Positions 8,501 through 17,820 of a stretch of 64,000 nt of DNA are shown piece by piece (within the stretch, counting starts at the first letter, position 1; each line of letters starts with the position of its first letter). The DNA comes from Lentihominibacter sp. (GTDB lineage: Bacteria; Bacillota; Clostridia; Peptostreptococcales; Anaerovoracaceae), in NCBI GenBank assembly GCA_051882875.1, contig JBJESQ010000043.1:7284-71283 (forward strand), given 5' to 3'. The position numbers and the translations under genes are program-made. Under the pieces are notes generated by a model. It saw only the letters and a list, made by a program, of their open reading frames with translations. It was not told where the DNA came from and made no database searches.

Positions 8501-10882
8501 GGTCAGAGGCTTAACATCTAAGGAAAGAGAAACATCGTCACCCAGCTCGCTGCCCACTGTGAAGGTGGCAACCTCTGTAGTTACCGGTTCCCCAACAGCC
8601 TCATCATCCCCATCTACATAGGTGAACACATACTCAAACGGATTCGACTGACCAGCTGCAGCCTTGTACACCAGATCTTCATCTTCAGGATTAACACCGT
8701 CCTTAAGCTTTACGGACACCATAAGGAAGTCGTCTTCATATACGGCATCTCCCGAATTAACCGGATAGTTTTCTACGGATTTAAACTCATCGTTCTCTTT
8801 TATTTTTCCGTTCTTTGCTACGGTTATTTCACATATATCGTTTGGCTCAATCTTCAACAGACCAGGTGAGGCCTGCTCGTAATAGCCTGTAATTTCACTG
8901 ATGCCGTTAGCCGTGACATAATTGCCTGAAAGCCTGTTTCCGTTGAGCTTGTAGTATCTGCACTTCCATCCCTCTGCTGGTTCACAGGAAAGATAAACCA
9001 CAGTTCCGTTGGTGATGCTTCCTGTTTTGGAAGCCTTTATCGTACCTTCAGATGCCTGCTTTACTGTCAGGGTGCCGCTTCCGGGCGAGCTGTTTTTCTC
9101 CCAGTAAAGAACCGGATAGCCGCTATCTCCGGCGACATAGGCCTTGCCGTTGACGTTAAGCTTCTCAAGAAGCGTTCCGTCGGTCATTTCCTTTTCGGTC
9201 ATGGAAACAGTGTCAACCGAAACGCTCTTGGCAAGATTGTAGGCATAGTATCCCGGCCATACATCGTCATCTCCGCAGCCCTCAAGATAGTAGCAGTCAG
9301 ATACCTTGTAGTTTCTGCCGTTGCTGTCACAGCCTATGCCTCTTCCCCTGTTGTTCCCGTTGGTTTTCAGCTTGCCTGTGTTGTAGCAGCAGTATATGCT
9401 CATTCCCTCGTTGGCTCCGATAATACCTCCTGTAGGGTTGGCATATACCGTCTCCAGATTTCCGTCATTATAGCAGTTAACAATTGTGCCCTTGTCAATC
9501 ATGGAACAGGCAACAATTCCTCCCAGGCCCTTGGAGTCTGTACAGTATGCGTAGGCATGGTTTGCCAGATTCTCCATCTTGATTCCGCCTTCAACGGAGG
9601 TTCCGCTTGCAGCATTTGATCCGCCTCCCATGCAGCCTACAAATCCCCCAACCATACGCCTTCCGAAGAAGTATCCTGAAAGGGACATGTTTCTTACTGC
9701 CGGCGGAGTATCAGGGTTTGTTTCTCCGTCATAAAGGCTTCCCATCATTCCGATGAGGCCCGTTCCCTGGGCATATCCATAAGCTGTTTCCGCAACAGAT
9801 CTGTAGCTCCATCTGAAGCAGTAAACATTCTTGATGTCGTGTCCGCCTCCATCCAGAGTTCCGTTAAAGGAGGCAACTATCATAGTAGAAGGATCGCCCG
9901 GATCCATCAGGTACTCGCCGCCGATAGGCGTCCAGTTGGGATAATCATAGCTGTTCTGGCCGTCCCCGTTGGAGAAGTTTTTGCTGTGTTCAATCTCTGA
10001 GCCGTCAACGCCGCCCATGTCAAGATCTGCCGTTATCTTCACCGTCCTGTTCGCGAAGTCATGCTTAATGAGTCCCATATATGCCTCATCCTGAACCCCT
10101 GCCACCAGGGATGTACTGGCTTCATATTTATTTTCAATTACATCAGGAAGACCTTCGTTCATATTCTGCTTAAGGGATGTCTGCGGGGTGTCGTAATCAA
10201 AGGTTCTGACAGCGCCGTTATCCGTTGCTCTGTCACCGCTTCGGGTGCCCTTAACCATGTATATCGGTGTTGTGCTGTTAATGCTTCCGTTTACTATTGC
10301 AGCCAGTCCGGCAAGCTGAGCCGGTGTGCTGATTTCGAAGCTCGTGTCGCTTTCGTTGTACCAGGACACATCCACTGCACCGTCCCACTTGGTGGTGGAA
10401 TAGTACTGGGCTACTACATTGGCATTATCCTTTGATGTTCCCTGAACTGCGGTAAAGCCATCGTAAGGTGCCTTGAAGCTGTACTGATACCCGCTTGAAG
10501 TCTCGGTAACCGATGCAAAGGCATATTCCGTTTTCTCCTCATTTACGTAGTATCTGACAGTGGCAATATCCTTGCCGCTTTTCTTCTCGAAGGTGCCTGT
10601 TACCTCAGTTCCGGCAGCTGCCCCCGTGAGATCAACCTGACCGGCCGCCTCTTCCTCAGGCTCTTCTGCCGATCCTGCCTGTGAATCATTCTCCGGTTCC
10701 GACTCCTGTAAATCGGCCGAACCCTCCGTCTGTTCATTGCTGACAGACTCCTGCTCCTCCTGCTGAACCGTCACGCCTGCATCTCCCTCCAGGGCGCTTA
10801 CAGGCACTCCGAAAATCGTAAATGTCATTACGACTGTCAGCATGAATACCAGGATTCTTCTCATTGACATTTTGTTTTTCAT
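5507..10882 (-). CDS. Giant (~1790 aa) surface protein with GLUG/beta-helix-like repeats, one sulfite-oxidase-like domain and a C-terminal FN3-like module
   Basis: ATG 10882 with SD AGGTGA and a signal peptide. It has two repeats beginning TP(A/E)QLAGL with GGIVG/GGIAG/GGIIG motifs and a domain VTLETLLKEQG...IRFGYG...ISPVTSVEI. The last ~270 aa are homologous to the 739-aa neighbour. Confidence 0.8.
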   Translation of the reverse strand: MKNKMSMRRILVFMLTVVMTFTIFGVPVSALEGDAGVTVQQEEQESVSNEQTEGSADLQESEPENDSQAGSAEEPEEEAAGQVDLTGAAAGTEVTGTFEKKSGKDIATVRYYVNEEKTEYAFASVTETSSGYQYSFKAPYDGFTAVQGTSKDNANVVAQYYSTTKWDGAVDVSWYNESDTSFEISTPAQLAGLAAIVNGSINSTTPIYMVKGTRSGDRATDNGAVRTFDYDTPQTSLKQNMNEGLPDVIENKYEASTSLVAGVQDEAYMGLIKHDFANRTVKITADLDMGGVDGSEIEHSKNFSNGDGQNSYDYPNWTPIGGEYLMDPGDPSTMIVASFNGTLDGGGHDIKNVYCFRWSYRSVAETAYGYAQGTGLIGMMGSLYDGETNPDTPPAVRNMSLSGYFFGRRMVGGFVGCMGGGSNAASGTSVEGGIKMENLANHAYAYCTDSKGLGGIVACSMIDKGTIVNCYNDGNLETVYANPTGGIIGANEGMSIYCCYNTGKLKTNGNNRGRGIGCDSNGRNYKVSDCYYLEGCGDDDVWPGYYAYNLAKSVSVDTVSMTEKEMTDGTLLEKLNVNGKAYVAGDSGYPVLYWEKNSSPGSGTLTVKQASEGTIKASKTGSITNGTVVYLSCEPAEGWKCRYYKLNGNRLSGNYVTANGISEITGYYEQASPGLLKIEPNDICEITVAKNGKIKENDEFKSVENYPVNSGDAVYEDDFLMVSVKLKDGVNPEDEDLVYKAAAGQSNPFEYVFTYVDGDDEAVGEPVTTEVATFTVGSELGDDVSLSLDVKPLTCKKMWDYKADTSWYEADSAEFTLTTPEQLAGLSVLVDEGKSFSGKTVKLGADISLKNDDGTSGRRFWDGIGDYQADKPFAGTFDGAGHKITDYEGSANGLFEYCKGSSANDRAVVKNLEIWGTSEGQDACGFVARAENTNVTGCSSYCVVKGTNGNGHAAAIVGYATGNCSISDCVNYASVEGYGTIGGIVGELKGTCEVEGCMNKGNVNCPDTGGNYVGGIVGNLSGRISRSGNYGNLYAYGRNIGGIAGSSVSSSSTIDSCYNAGTITYEQGTSNYDCAGGIIGFGSYYKVYNSFNYGNVRKVDGDMPKENIGAIIGKDMKRSTNVTEDVYYLDTSCDYAQGGMTQNELDTSAAYSKGIKKASAADFADSSKVLAAVNDNSVFQLKAAGYPEIAKASSTHVHSGGTATCNELAVCDSCGLSYGLFSTEHSENKVTVGKKEAVWMTDGYSGDLCCKDCGRVLVKGNVITAVKDKEAIKVTVKKGNKEIASKTYSVEAFDSLKISDKPIGYSYGSKSDNIEAVTQYVTLETLLKEQGLVSDGVDSIKVVCTSTSATVSMDTLNTCSKYYENGNEYDAPAAFAIAWNTGAGSLETIAKEAKINGTIRFGYGMSKEQLDENAALGGNRLISPVTSVEINLKQPKVIYKAAEGDAGEELYLIDALDKANEGGGIITLQDDIDTGNYGFVLNAGDNTVVLDLGTASLSSNTENCITVKSGTLNIKGSGRVIGTLATEGTGKIAASGGVYTYEVAGEHCAAGYVPVFNGKTELYTMTQKEAYEAARSANEAAIAVRSLKEQVECLQAKVKLLDITAKLSAAPAAYNQVKLSWNYASDSGSEYDVIYKAEKKVNGSWQELNVMGNSYTDVTEPGIANEYRVAAGLMYKGADENKFEYDSKYVYASAKTALGKAAISGLTSKSKKLTVKWKAVSGATGYDVWIGTNSAVTKGLVKYSNVKSLSKTSKALKKKKYYYVKVRARVTNSKGTVVYGAWSTAKKIRCK

Positions 10883-10908
10883 AATATCACCTGTTTCTTT
10901 TTTCACGG

Positions 10909-11697
10909 CTATGCATTCTCAGCCAGTGTTGCCGGAATGCAGCTCCTCACTGTTCTGCCGCCTATGGGCACTTCCATTATTCTCACATCCAGCCCGTATA
11001 TTTCCCTTATCAGGTTCTCCGTCAAGGTTTCCTCCGCTTCACCGCAGGCAAGCACCCTGTGGTTCTTTACCGCCAGCACATGGGTGGCATACTGAAGCGC
11101 ATGCTCAGGATTGTGGGTTGACAGAAGTATTGTGTATCCCTGTCCCGCCATCTTCTGAATATGCCTCAGCACATGCTGCTGATTGCCGTAGTCAAGATTG
11201 GCCGTAGGCTCATCCATAATGAGAATCTTTGCTCTTTGGGCCATGGCCCGGGCCAGGAGAACAAGCTGCCGCTCTCCTCCTGATATTTCATTAATACCCC
11301 TGTCTGCCATATGGCCTATTCCCAGATACTCCATCGCCCTTTCCGCAATGGCAAGCTGCTCCTCCCCCGGAGCCTGCAAAGGCGACAGCATCCCTGTCGT
11401 CCCCATGAGAACCGATTCCTTTACCGTGTAATTGAACACAGGGGTTTCCGACTGGGGTATGTAGGCTGCCATCTTAGCCATCTCTTTTCTTCCCATAGTT
11501 CTTATGTCTCTTCCGTTGAAGCTTATCTCTCCTGTGTAATGCTTCAGCAGCCCCAGCATGCATTTGAACAGGGTGCTCTTGCCGGCGCCGTTTGGTCCCA
11601 GCACCGCCACCAGCTGTCCCGAGCCCAGACTGAAGCTCAGATCATCCAGAACCTTCTCCTTATCGTATGCGAAGGTGAGGTTTCTAACATCTATCAT
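10909..11697 (-). CDS. ABC transporter ATP-binding protein (FecE/BtuD type)
   Basis: Walker A GPNGAGKST, signature ISGGERQ, Walker B LIMDEPTANLD. Confidence 0.95.
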   Translation of the reverse strand: MIDVRNLTFAYDKEKVLDDLSFSLGSGQLVAVLGPNGAGKSTLFKCMLGLLKHYTGEISFNGRDIRTMGRKEMAKMAAYIPQSETPVFNYTVKESVLMGTTGMLSPLQAPGEEQLAIAERAMEYLGIGHMADRGINEISGGERQLVLLARAMAQRAKILIMDEPTANLDYGNQQHVLRHIQKMAGQGYTILLSTHNPEHALQYATHVLAVKNHRVLACGEAEETLTENLIREIYGLDVRIMEVPIGGRTVRSCIPATLAENA

Positions 11698-12722
11698 TGC
11701 CTGCCGCCTCCTCCCGTAGTAAGCAGAAGGTAGAGGAACAGCGGCGCCCCCACAAATGATGTAAGTATTCCTATCGGAATCTCTGCTGTTGTTGCCAGCC
11801 GCGCGATATCATCAACCGCCAGCAGGAAGGTTGCCCCGAACAGCGCTGTAGCCGGGATGAGCTTCCTGTAATCATAACCATATATCATTCTGCAGAAATG
11901 GGGTATTACCAGACCAACCCATCCGATCATTCCCGACACCGAAACAGCAGAGGCCGTGAGAAGTGTTGCACAGACAACAACAATCAGCCTCAATGCCGTA
12001 ATGTTAATTCCAACAGATTTGGAGGTTTCCTCCTCAATTGTGAGAAGATTAAGTCTCCACCTAAGAAGAAACAGGGGAATCATTCCCACAGCCATGGGAA
12101 CAATAATAAATGCCAGATCCTCCTGTTTTATGGAGGAAAGCTGTCCCATAAGCCAGTAGGTTATGGCAGGCAGCTGGTCATCCGTATCTGCCACCAGCTT
12201 GATGAAGGAAGTCCCTGCCGAGAACAGAGAGGAAATAACCATTCCTCCAAGAATCATTGCCAGGGTTTCGCTTGTTTTGCTCAATCTGCTTACCGTATAT
12301 GCCAGCAGCACTGCGGCTATTCCGAAGACAAATGCCGATGCGGATATCAGGAAATACCCCGCCCCCAGAAGAATTGCCAGAGCCGCTCCGAAGCCTGCTC
12401 CCGTGGATGCTCCCAGGATATCCGGGGAAACAAGAGGATTCCTGAACATTCCCTGATAGCAGACCCCCGCCATGCTGAGAGCCGCTCCAATCAGAACCGC
12501 CGCCCCTATCCGGGGAAGACGTATTTCAAATAGAACCTTCTCCGCCGCAAGGTCCCAGGTTCGCTCCACATCTGTAAATGGCACCCTGGACCACATCACC
12601 TTGAGAAAATCCTCTATTGACAGAGAATACCGTCCCAGTACCGCTGAAACCAGAATTGCTGCAATGAATGCAGCAATCAGGATGATAAATTTAATTGTAC
12701 AGTTTCTGTTTTCACTACTCAT
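11694..12722 (-). CDS. FecCD-family ABC permease
   Basis: IRLPRI, FRNPLVSPDILG and GWVGLVIPH motifs with multiple transmembrane segments. Confidence 0.95.
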   Translation of the reverse strand: MSSENRNCTIKFIILIAAFIAAILVSAVLGRYSLSIEDFLKVMWSRVPFTDVERTWDLAAEKVLFEIRLPRIGAAVLIGAALSMAGVCYQGMFRNPLVSPDILGASTGAGFGAALAILLGAGYFLISASAFVFGIAAVLLAYTVSRLSKTSETLAMILGGMVISSLFSAGTSFIKLVADTDDQLPAITYWLMGQLSSIKQEDLAFIIVPMAVGMIPLFLLRWRLNLLTIEEETSKSVGINITALRLIVVVCATLLTASAVSVSGMIGWVGLVIPHFCRMIYGYDYRKLIPATALFGATFLLAVDDIARLATTAEIPIGILTSFVGAPLFLYLLLTTGGGGRQ

Positions 12723-13035
12723 TTATCTTGTAATAGTACTTTCCTGTCTTTGCATCGTAATATACGTTGCCCATCTTCTGAGCATCCTCGGGCATCTCAT
12801 CCATGTTCTGAAGATCCTCATCAGAGAAGGATACGGATTCCTTGCCCTGTGTTTCGGTGGACTCCTGTGTGGTCTCGATTTCCACGTTCCAGTGCAGAAT
12901 CAGAGCCAGCATTATTCCCACCGCCAGTATGAGCATCACATCGGACAGATTGGAGATGTAGCTCATGGGATTTACATCCTCACCGCTACTGTAACGGGTA
13001 CGCCTCCTCCTGTTTCTTCTGCCATCCCTACGCAT
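12715..13035 (-). CDS. DUF2149-family small membrane protein (ExbD-like transmembrane helix)
   Basis: NPMSYISNLSDVMLILAVGIMLAL single TM and C-terminal MGNVYYDAKTGKYY. It directly follows the ExbB-like gene. Confidence 0.85.
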   Translation of the reverse strand: MRRDGRRNRRRRTRYSSGEDVNPMSYISNLSDVMLILAVGIMLALILHWNVEIETTQESTETQGKESVSFSDEDLQNMDEMPEDAQKMGNVYYDAKTGKYYYKINE

Positions 13036-13807
13036 CGGTTTTCTCCTTCTTTTCTCCCTCCGTTTTCTTCTTTTCTCTCTTTTCCAGCAGACTTCTTACT
13101 ATCTGCCGCTGCTGGTTCTCTGTAAGGCTGTCTACTTCAATTCTGCCGCCGTCAGTCCTGCCTGATGCAGCAACTGCTTTTGCATTCTCAAGCTGCACAT
13201 CTACCACACTGTCAACAAGTGTTTCAAGATCCGACATGTATCCTGCGTACCAGTGCTTTCTGAAGGTATGAATTACAAGGCATATTCCTGCCGCCAGAAG
13301 TCCTGCTATTGTTGTATCAAAGGCAGTAAGCATCGACTCCGAAAGGGTCTGGGTATCTCCCTGGCCTAGAGCTATTATTCCGGGGCCCAGTGGAATCAGT
13401 GTTCCCAGCAGTCCCACCATTGGTGCCAGCTTCGATATAAGGTTCGTTGCGCTTAGAACGTTGTCATAATGTGACTGTTCCTTTTCGATTATGTTGTCTG
13501 CCAGGCTCACCAGCATTTCTTCGCTGAAATCAGGGTGCCTGGTAAGCTCCAGTAGAGCCTCCTTCTGTCTGGCCAGCAGTCCGCTGCCTTGGATGCACTC
13601 CTGCAGGTTGTCCTTGTTGGCTTTAATCGAGTCCAGCAGCTCCGGCAGGGAGTACTTCATGTGCCGCCTTTCTTTTATCAGCTCTGCCAGAATCCATCCT
13701 ATGCAGAATACTGCAAAGGCAATAAACAATATCAGTATCACTATCACCGGATTCTTCATTGTTGAAGATATGGTTCTCAGTATGGTCTGAAATATGTTAA
13801 GTTCCAT
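13028..13807 (-). CDS. MotA/TolQ/ExbB proton channel family protein
   Basis: APMVGLLGTLIPLGPG and AFDTTIAGL helices with three predicted TM segments. Confidence 0.9.
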   Translation of the reverse strand: MELNIFQTILRTISSTMKNPVIVILILFIAFAVFCIGWILAELIKERRHMKYSLPELLDSIKANKDNLQECIQGSGLLARQKEALLELTRHPDFSEEMLVSLADNIIEKEQSHYDNVLSATNLISKLAPMVGLLGTLIPLGPGIIALGQGDTQTLSESMLTAFDTTIAGLLAAGICLVIHTFRKHWYAGYMSDLETLVDSVVDVQLENAKAVAASGRTDGGRIEVDSLTENQQRQIVRSLLEKREKKKTEGEKKEKTDA

Positions 13808-13810
13808 TAA

Positions 13811-15403
13811 TTACTTGTCTCCTTTTAATCTTATCCTGAAGGAAATCAGCTCACTTGCAGCTCCCCCCAGGGCAACTGCCAGGCAGCCGAGTCCCGTAAA
13901 GAGGAGAATCATTTTCTGTTCTTTTTCTTTTTCCTCAGTGTTGTCTTCTTTTTTTACCTCTTCCACATCCATCGTCGCAGCTGTTTCCACCTGTGGAGTC
14001 AAAGCGCTTGCAAATTCTGCAGCAGCCGCATCAGAAAGCTCGAAGGTGGTTGGGCTTCCGGCAATCTGAGCTCTGGCATTGTCCTGCTTTTTGAGCTCGC
14101 TCTCCTTTGAGGCGCTGGCGGTTTTTGGATTGCTGTTATTCACAGATCCCTTATCACCGCTTCCCTCCGATGAGTCCCTGTTGTTGTTTCGGTCGGTTTC
14201 CTGATCTCCGTTGGGCTTCCCCTCTCCCTGTACCGTCTCTGATGTTGACAGGGGCTGGGAGCTTGAACCGACGCCGGCGGTAATGGCCGCCTCGCCTTTG
14301 CCTACAATGTCGTAGGACACCGTCACTGTGGCAAGGTCGCTGTACTTTCTGTCCGGCGTTACTGTTATGCCTGTTATTACAAGCACATCCGTGTTAGTTG
14401 ATTTCACGTTCATAAGCCCGGAAAGCCCGTCTCTGATATTCATGTTGTCAGTCTGCACAGTCATGGTAACCTTATGGGAGCCGTACGAACCGTTCAGACC
14501 TCCCATCTCACCTACGGTAGGCTGTCCCCTCAGGGTTACGTATACGCAGCTGACATACTTGTCGCTCTGGCTTGTCATGGATTCTGTCGGGGAAGTCTGC
14601 CCAAAGAGCAGTCTGAATCTTGTGCCTGCATTAAGTGATGAAAAGTCCGAACCGATATGCTCGAACTCCTCATTGAACTGCGCCCAGTTATCTTCAATGG
14701 CAAGCATTGGCTGAACCTTCTTGGCGCTTTTTGTTGCATTCTCGAAGGAGTATCCCAGGATTTTGCTCTTGTCCTCCACCTCTTCGGTGACAGTCTTTGT
14801 TACCACTTCATCCCAGGCTTCCTTTACCAGCACCTGTTCACCGTTTTCGCCTTCCTCGTATTCCGCATCATGGTGAATGGTTTCCTGCACTTCCTTTTCC
14901 ACGGTTCTTGTGCCGTAGATTATCGTTCTGTGCCCTGCCAGGTCTTCATAATAATATCTGGTCCTGAACAGCGCACTCTGGTCAAAGGATGTTCTGACTC
15001 CCTTGTGATCCTCCACATAGAACTTGAGGCTTTGCACATCGCCGTAATAAATGTTGGCGTATTCAAGCAGATCCGAAATGTAGATTCCTCTGGCGGAATC
15101 TACAATTGCCGTATACTTGGTTTTGCTGCTCTGCTGAAAGTAGGAATATGCCTGCTTAGGTGTGCTGCCGGTACTGCCGTAGATGCTTTCCGCCAGCTCC
15201 CGCCAGTGGTACTTGTCAACTTCCACATATTCATCCAGCTCCATCCCCAGATATCCCACCTTGATTGTAAGATAGTCCGTTGCCACATCGGCTCTTGCCA
15301 CTGAAGTCACCGAGGGCACCACCATGAGCAAAGCCAGCATTACTGCCAGAATTCCCGCAGAAATATTCAGTTTTCCCGGTTTGTTATTTTTCTGTTTTCT
15401 CAT
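13811..15403 (-). CDS. Secreted protein with a sulfite-oxidase-like domain, a low-complexity linker and a C-terminal membrane anchor
   Basis: N-terminal hydrophobic signal and the domain RGIYISDLLEYA...LKFYVED...TRYYY...VQPMLAI...FRLLFGQ. C-terminal TM MILLFTGLGCLAVALGGAA. The start codon is uncertain (15403 chosen). Confidence 0.7.
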   Translation of the reverse strand: MRKQKNNKPGKLNISAGILAVMLALLMVVPSVTSVARADVATDYLTIKVGYLGMELDEYVEVDKYHWRELAESIYGSTGSTPKQAYSYFQQSSKTKYTAIVDSARGIYISDLLEYANIYYGDVQSLKFYVEDHKGVRTSFDQSALFRTRYYYEDLAGHRTIIYGTRTVEKEVQETIHHDAEYEEGENGEQVLVKEAWDEVVTKTVTEEVEDKSKILGYSFENATKSAKKVQPMLAIEDNWAQFNEEFEHIGSDFSSLNAGTRFRLLFGQTSPTESMTSQSDKYVSCVYVTLRGQPTVGEMGGLNGSYGSHKVTMTVQTDNMNIRDGLSGLMNVKSTNTDVLVITGITVTPDRKYSDLATVTVSYDIVGKGEAAITAGVGSSSQPLSTSETVQGEGKPNGDQETDRNNNRDSSEGSGDKGSVNNSNPKTASASKESELKKQDNARAQIAGSPTTFELSDAAAAEFASALTPQVETAATMDVEEVKKEDNTEEKEKEQKMILLFTGLGCLAVALGGAASELISFRIRLKGDK

Positions 15404-16505
15404 TCTTGAAATAGGAGTTTGCCAGCATTGCCTTTGCCTCATCCTCTGTAAGGTCGTAATCCCAGAAGAGCTTATAGTATTCCTGAGCGACCTCTACAAT
15501 ATCGTAATCGTTGTAAACCTCCGGATATGCCAGCTGTCCCAGCCACCACACTCCCAGAACCATGTTTATTGACGGAGGCGATGACATCCAGCAGTAGGGG
15601 TCTCCGGGGATTTCGTAGTATCTGCCTGATTTCACTGCCTTAAGCTCGGACCACTCGTTGTCCTTCAGTTCATCGTATGGGCCTCCTGTTGTCAGGATAA
15701 TCATGTCAGGCTCATCCTGATAGAGGCTTTCCATGCTTACAATTGTGCCGCCCCCCTTATCAGTTATCTCTTCAGGAATAACTGCATTTCGCGCACCGAT
15801 GAGATCGATAACCTGAGCCTGAGAGGAACCCCTGGCGTTTACTGCAAGTCCCGTGGCGCCTGTGCCGTAGAGAATGCTTATCTTGTCCTCATCCTTGATT
15901 TTGGCACTGTTTGTCTCTGCCATCTCTATTGTTTTGTCCACGAAGGCAGCAAGCTCTTCGCCCTTTTCTTCTCTGCCCAGAAGCTTTCCCAGGGTTCTGT
16001 ATGTATCGGCCATGTGCTCAAGGGTTCCGTCATAGAATAGTGCCGGTATTCCCGTCTGCTTCTGTATTGAATCCATGTCCGACTTAACAGTGACCTTCTT
16101 GTCTCCCAGGTCAAACACCACCTGAGGCTCCGCTTCAATCAGCGCCTCCATGTTCAGTGTTGACTTGCTTCCGTAAAACTGCCCGAAGGTAGGCAGGTAC
16201 AACAGCTCCTCAGGAAGATATTTCTCCTGATCCACGCTGGGGCTTGCTGATATTCCCACAAGCATATCCGATGCGATTGGTGTGAGCATCATCGTTGCTG
16301 TGGCTCCTGATGGTGCAATTTTTGTAATCTCTGCAGGTATCTCCACACTGTCTCTTCCGGAATCGTCCGTAACCTTCTGTGTCTCCACGCCCTCCAGCGG
16401 GTCATAGTCCGACTCATTTCCTCCGCATCCCGTAAGGGCAAGGGACAGCACCATCACAAGCGCCATGGCCACCGCCGCTGTTGTTCTGAATGTTCTCTTT
16501 CGCAT
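15384..16505 (-). CDS. ABC transporter substrate-binding lipoprotein (FepB/BtuF-like class III)
   Basis: ATG 16505 with SD GAGGTGAGG. Lipobox LTGC; motifs LNMEALIEAEPQVV and WSELKAVKSGRYYEIP. Confidence 0.92.
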   Translation of the reverse strand: MRKRTFRTTAAVAMALVMVLSLALTGCGGNESDYDPLEGVETQKVTDDSGRDSVEIPAEITKIAPSGATATMMLTPIASDMLVGISASPSVDQEKYLPEELLYLPTFGQFYGSKSTLNMEALIEAEPQVVFDLGDKKVTVKSDMDSIQKQTGIPALFYDGTLEHMADTYRTLGKLLGREEKGEELAAFVDKTIEMAETNSAKIKDEDKISILYGTGATGLAVNARGSSQAQVIDLIGARNAVIPEEITDKGGGTIVSMESLYQDEPDMIILTTGGPYDELKDNEWSELKAVKSGRYYEIPGDPYCWMSSPPSINMVLGVWWLGQLAYPEVYNDYDIVEVAQEYYKLFWDYDLTEDEAKAMLANSYFKNEKTEK

Positions 16506-16569
16506 GTTACTCCTCACCTCGCAGCCTGTAATTATTTCTGCTTCTTCAGCAAAATGCCGCATTCTGTAG

Positions 16570-16643
16570 ATTATATATTGTCGGCGGCCTCGCAACGGTT
16601 GTTGCAACAACCGTATGTATGCGCATTTGTTGTCATAACCGCA
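16570..16643 (-). promoter_or_regulatory. Promoter region with TATAAT (16570-16575) and three Crp/Fnr-type boxes
   Basis: TGTCG-N6-TCGCA (16579-16594), TGTTG-N6-CCGTA (16600-16615) and TGTTG-N6-CCGCA (16628-16643). Confidence 0.5.
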
Positions 16644-16677
16644 ACGGGGCAGATTCCGCAAATTAGTCCCAGAAAAC

Positions 16678-16710
16678 AAAAAACTGCAGCGCCTGTTATT
16701 CGCACTGCAG
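16678..16710 (-). terminator. Intrinsic terminator after the methyltransferase gene
   Basis: Minus strand reads CTGCAGTGC-loop-GCGCTGCAG followed by U6. Confidence 0.7.
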
Positions 16711-16742
16711 CTTGATACTCCTGATACTATTCACACTCCGTT

Positions 16743-17609
16743 TCAATCCATTTCCCATCTGATGAAGGCCATGGTGCTCATGTCACTGTGATCCATCTGC
16801 CAGAATTCTCTCTCTCCCTGGGCATCCCCTCTTGAGCCCCGCTCACCTCCGTCTTCCACCTCATGGTGCTTCAGATGCTCCCGGCAGTATTCCTCCAGAA
16901 GCTCCTCCTGTCGGCTGCTCAGCCCATACCTGAAGCTCGCTTTCAGTCTCTCAATGCCCTCCTCAAAAGTCCTGTACTTGGTGTTTCTGAAAGGGCTTCT
17001 GATAAATATCTGCTCCGGAAACCTGTCTCTATCCATGAGCTCATTCATTACAAACCAGTTGACGCCGCAGCCGGGCCTCTCACAGCCTATTGCCTTTGCA
17101 AGGTGCCTGTCATAATCCATAACCGGTGTATCCCAGGCTCCAACGCAGCAGCGTCTTACGGCCACGGACTCAAGGTTCTTCAGTGCCTGGGTCAAATCTT
17201 CAAATATCAGTGATCTTGATGCAAAGGCAATATCGCACTTTGGCAGATTCCTGACACTCCAGTCCTCATTCCAGTCAAGCCTGATTGGGTGAATCCTGTC
17301 TGCCAGCCCCTCCGCCTCAGCATCCTTCATCATGCAGTCCAGCATGGCGCTGCTGAAATCCGCAGCCCATACATGATGACCTTTCTGTGCAAAGGGCAGC
17401 GCCAGAGTTCCCGAACCGCAGCCCATATCAAATAAGGTGTCCTCCGGCTTAGGCTCCATCAGCCTGTAAAATTCCTGACAGTAAATATCCGGGCCGTCGG
17501 TTTTTTTCCTGAATCTCGGCGCACGCTGGTCCCAGTATTCTGTTGTGTTGTTTCTGTTGTCAATCTTCCGGTATTCCTGCCACTGGGCGTTCCAGTCAAT
17601 CCTTTTCAT
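16743..17609 (-). CDS. Class I SAM-dependent methyltransferase
   Basis: Start moved to ATG 17609 (MKRIDWNAQW). Motif I LFDMGCGSG, followed by ADFSSAMLD. Confidence 0.88.
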   Translation of the reverse strand: MKRIDWNAQWQEYRKIDNRNNTTEYWDQRAPRFRKKTDGPDIYCQEFYRLMEPKPEDTLFDMGCGSGTLALPFAQKGHHVWAADFSSAMLDCMMKDAEAEGLADRIHPIRLDWNEDWSVRNLPKCDIAFASRSLIFEDLTQALKNLESVAVRRCCVGAWDTPVMDYDRHLAKAIGCERPGCGVNWFVMNELMDRDRFPEQIFIRSPFRNTKYRTFEEGIERLKASFRYGLSSRQEELLEEYCREHLKHHEVEDGGERGSRGDAQGEREFWQMDHSDMSTMAFIRWEMD

Positions 17610-17820
17610 ATTTCTCCGATCCTCTCTTTCCTTTCCCGGTTCTTTCCGTCCGCCGTCCTTTCCGTCCGCCGTCTTTTCCGTTCCCGGCATGCTATTGCAT
17701 CTCCGGTCTTGCTCCGCTTCAGGTGACAGTATAATCCAGGTGCAGGGCTCGTGGCAAGACCTATCCAATCCTGTGGCGTGAGCCCGGTAGGCCTCGGTAA
17801 GGCCTTCCGGCAGGTCAGGA

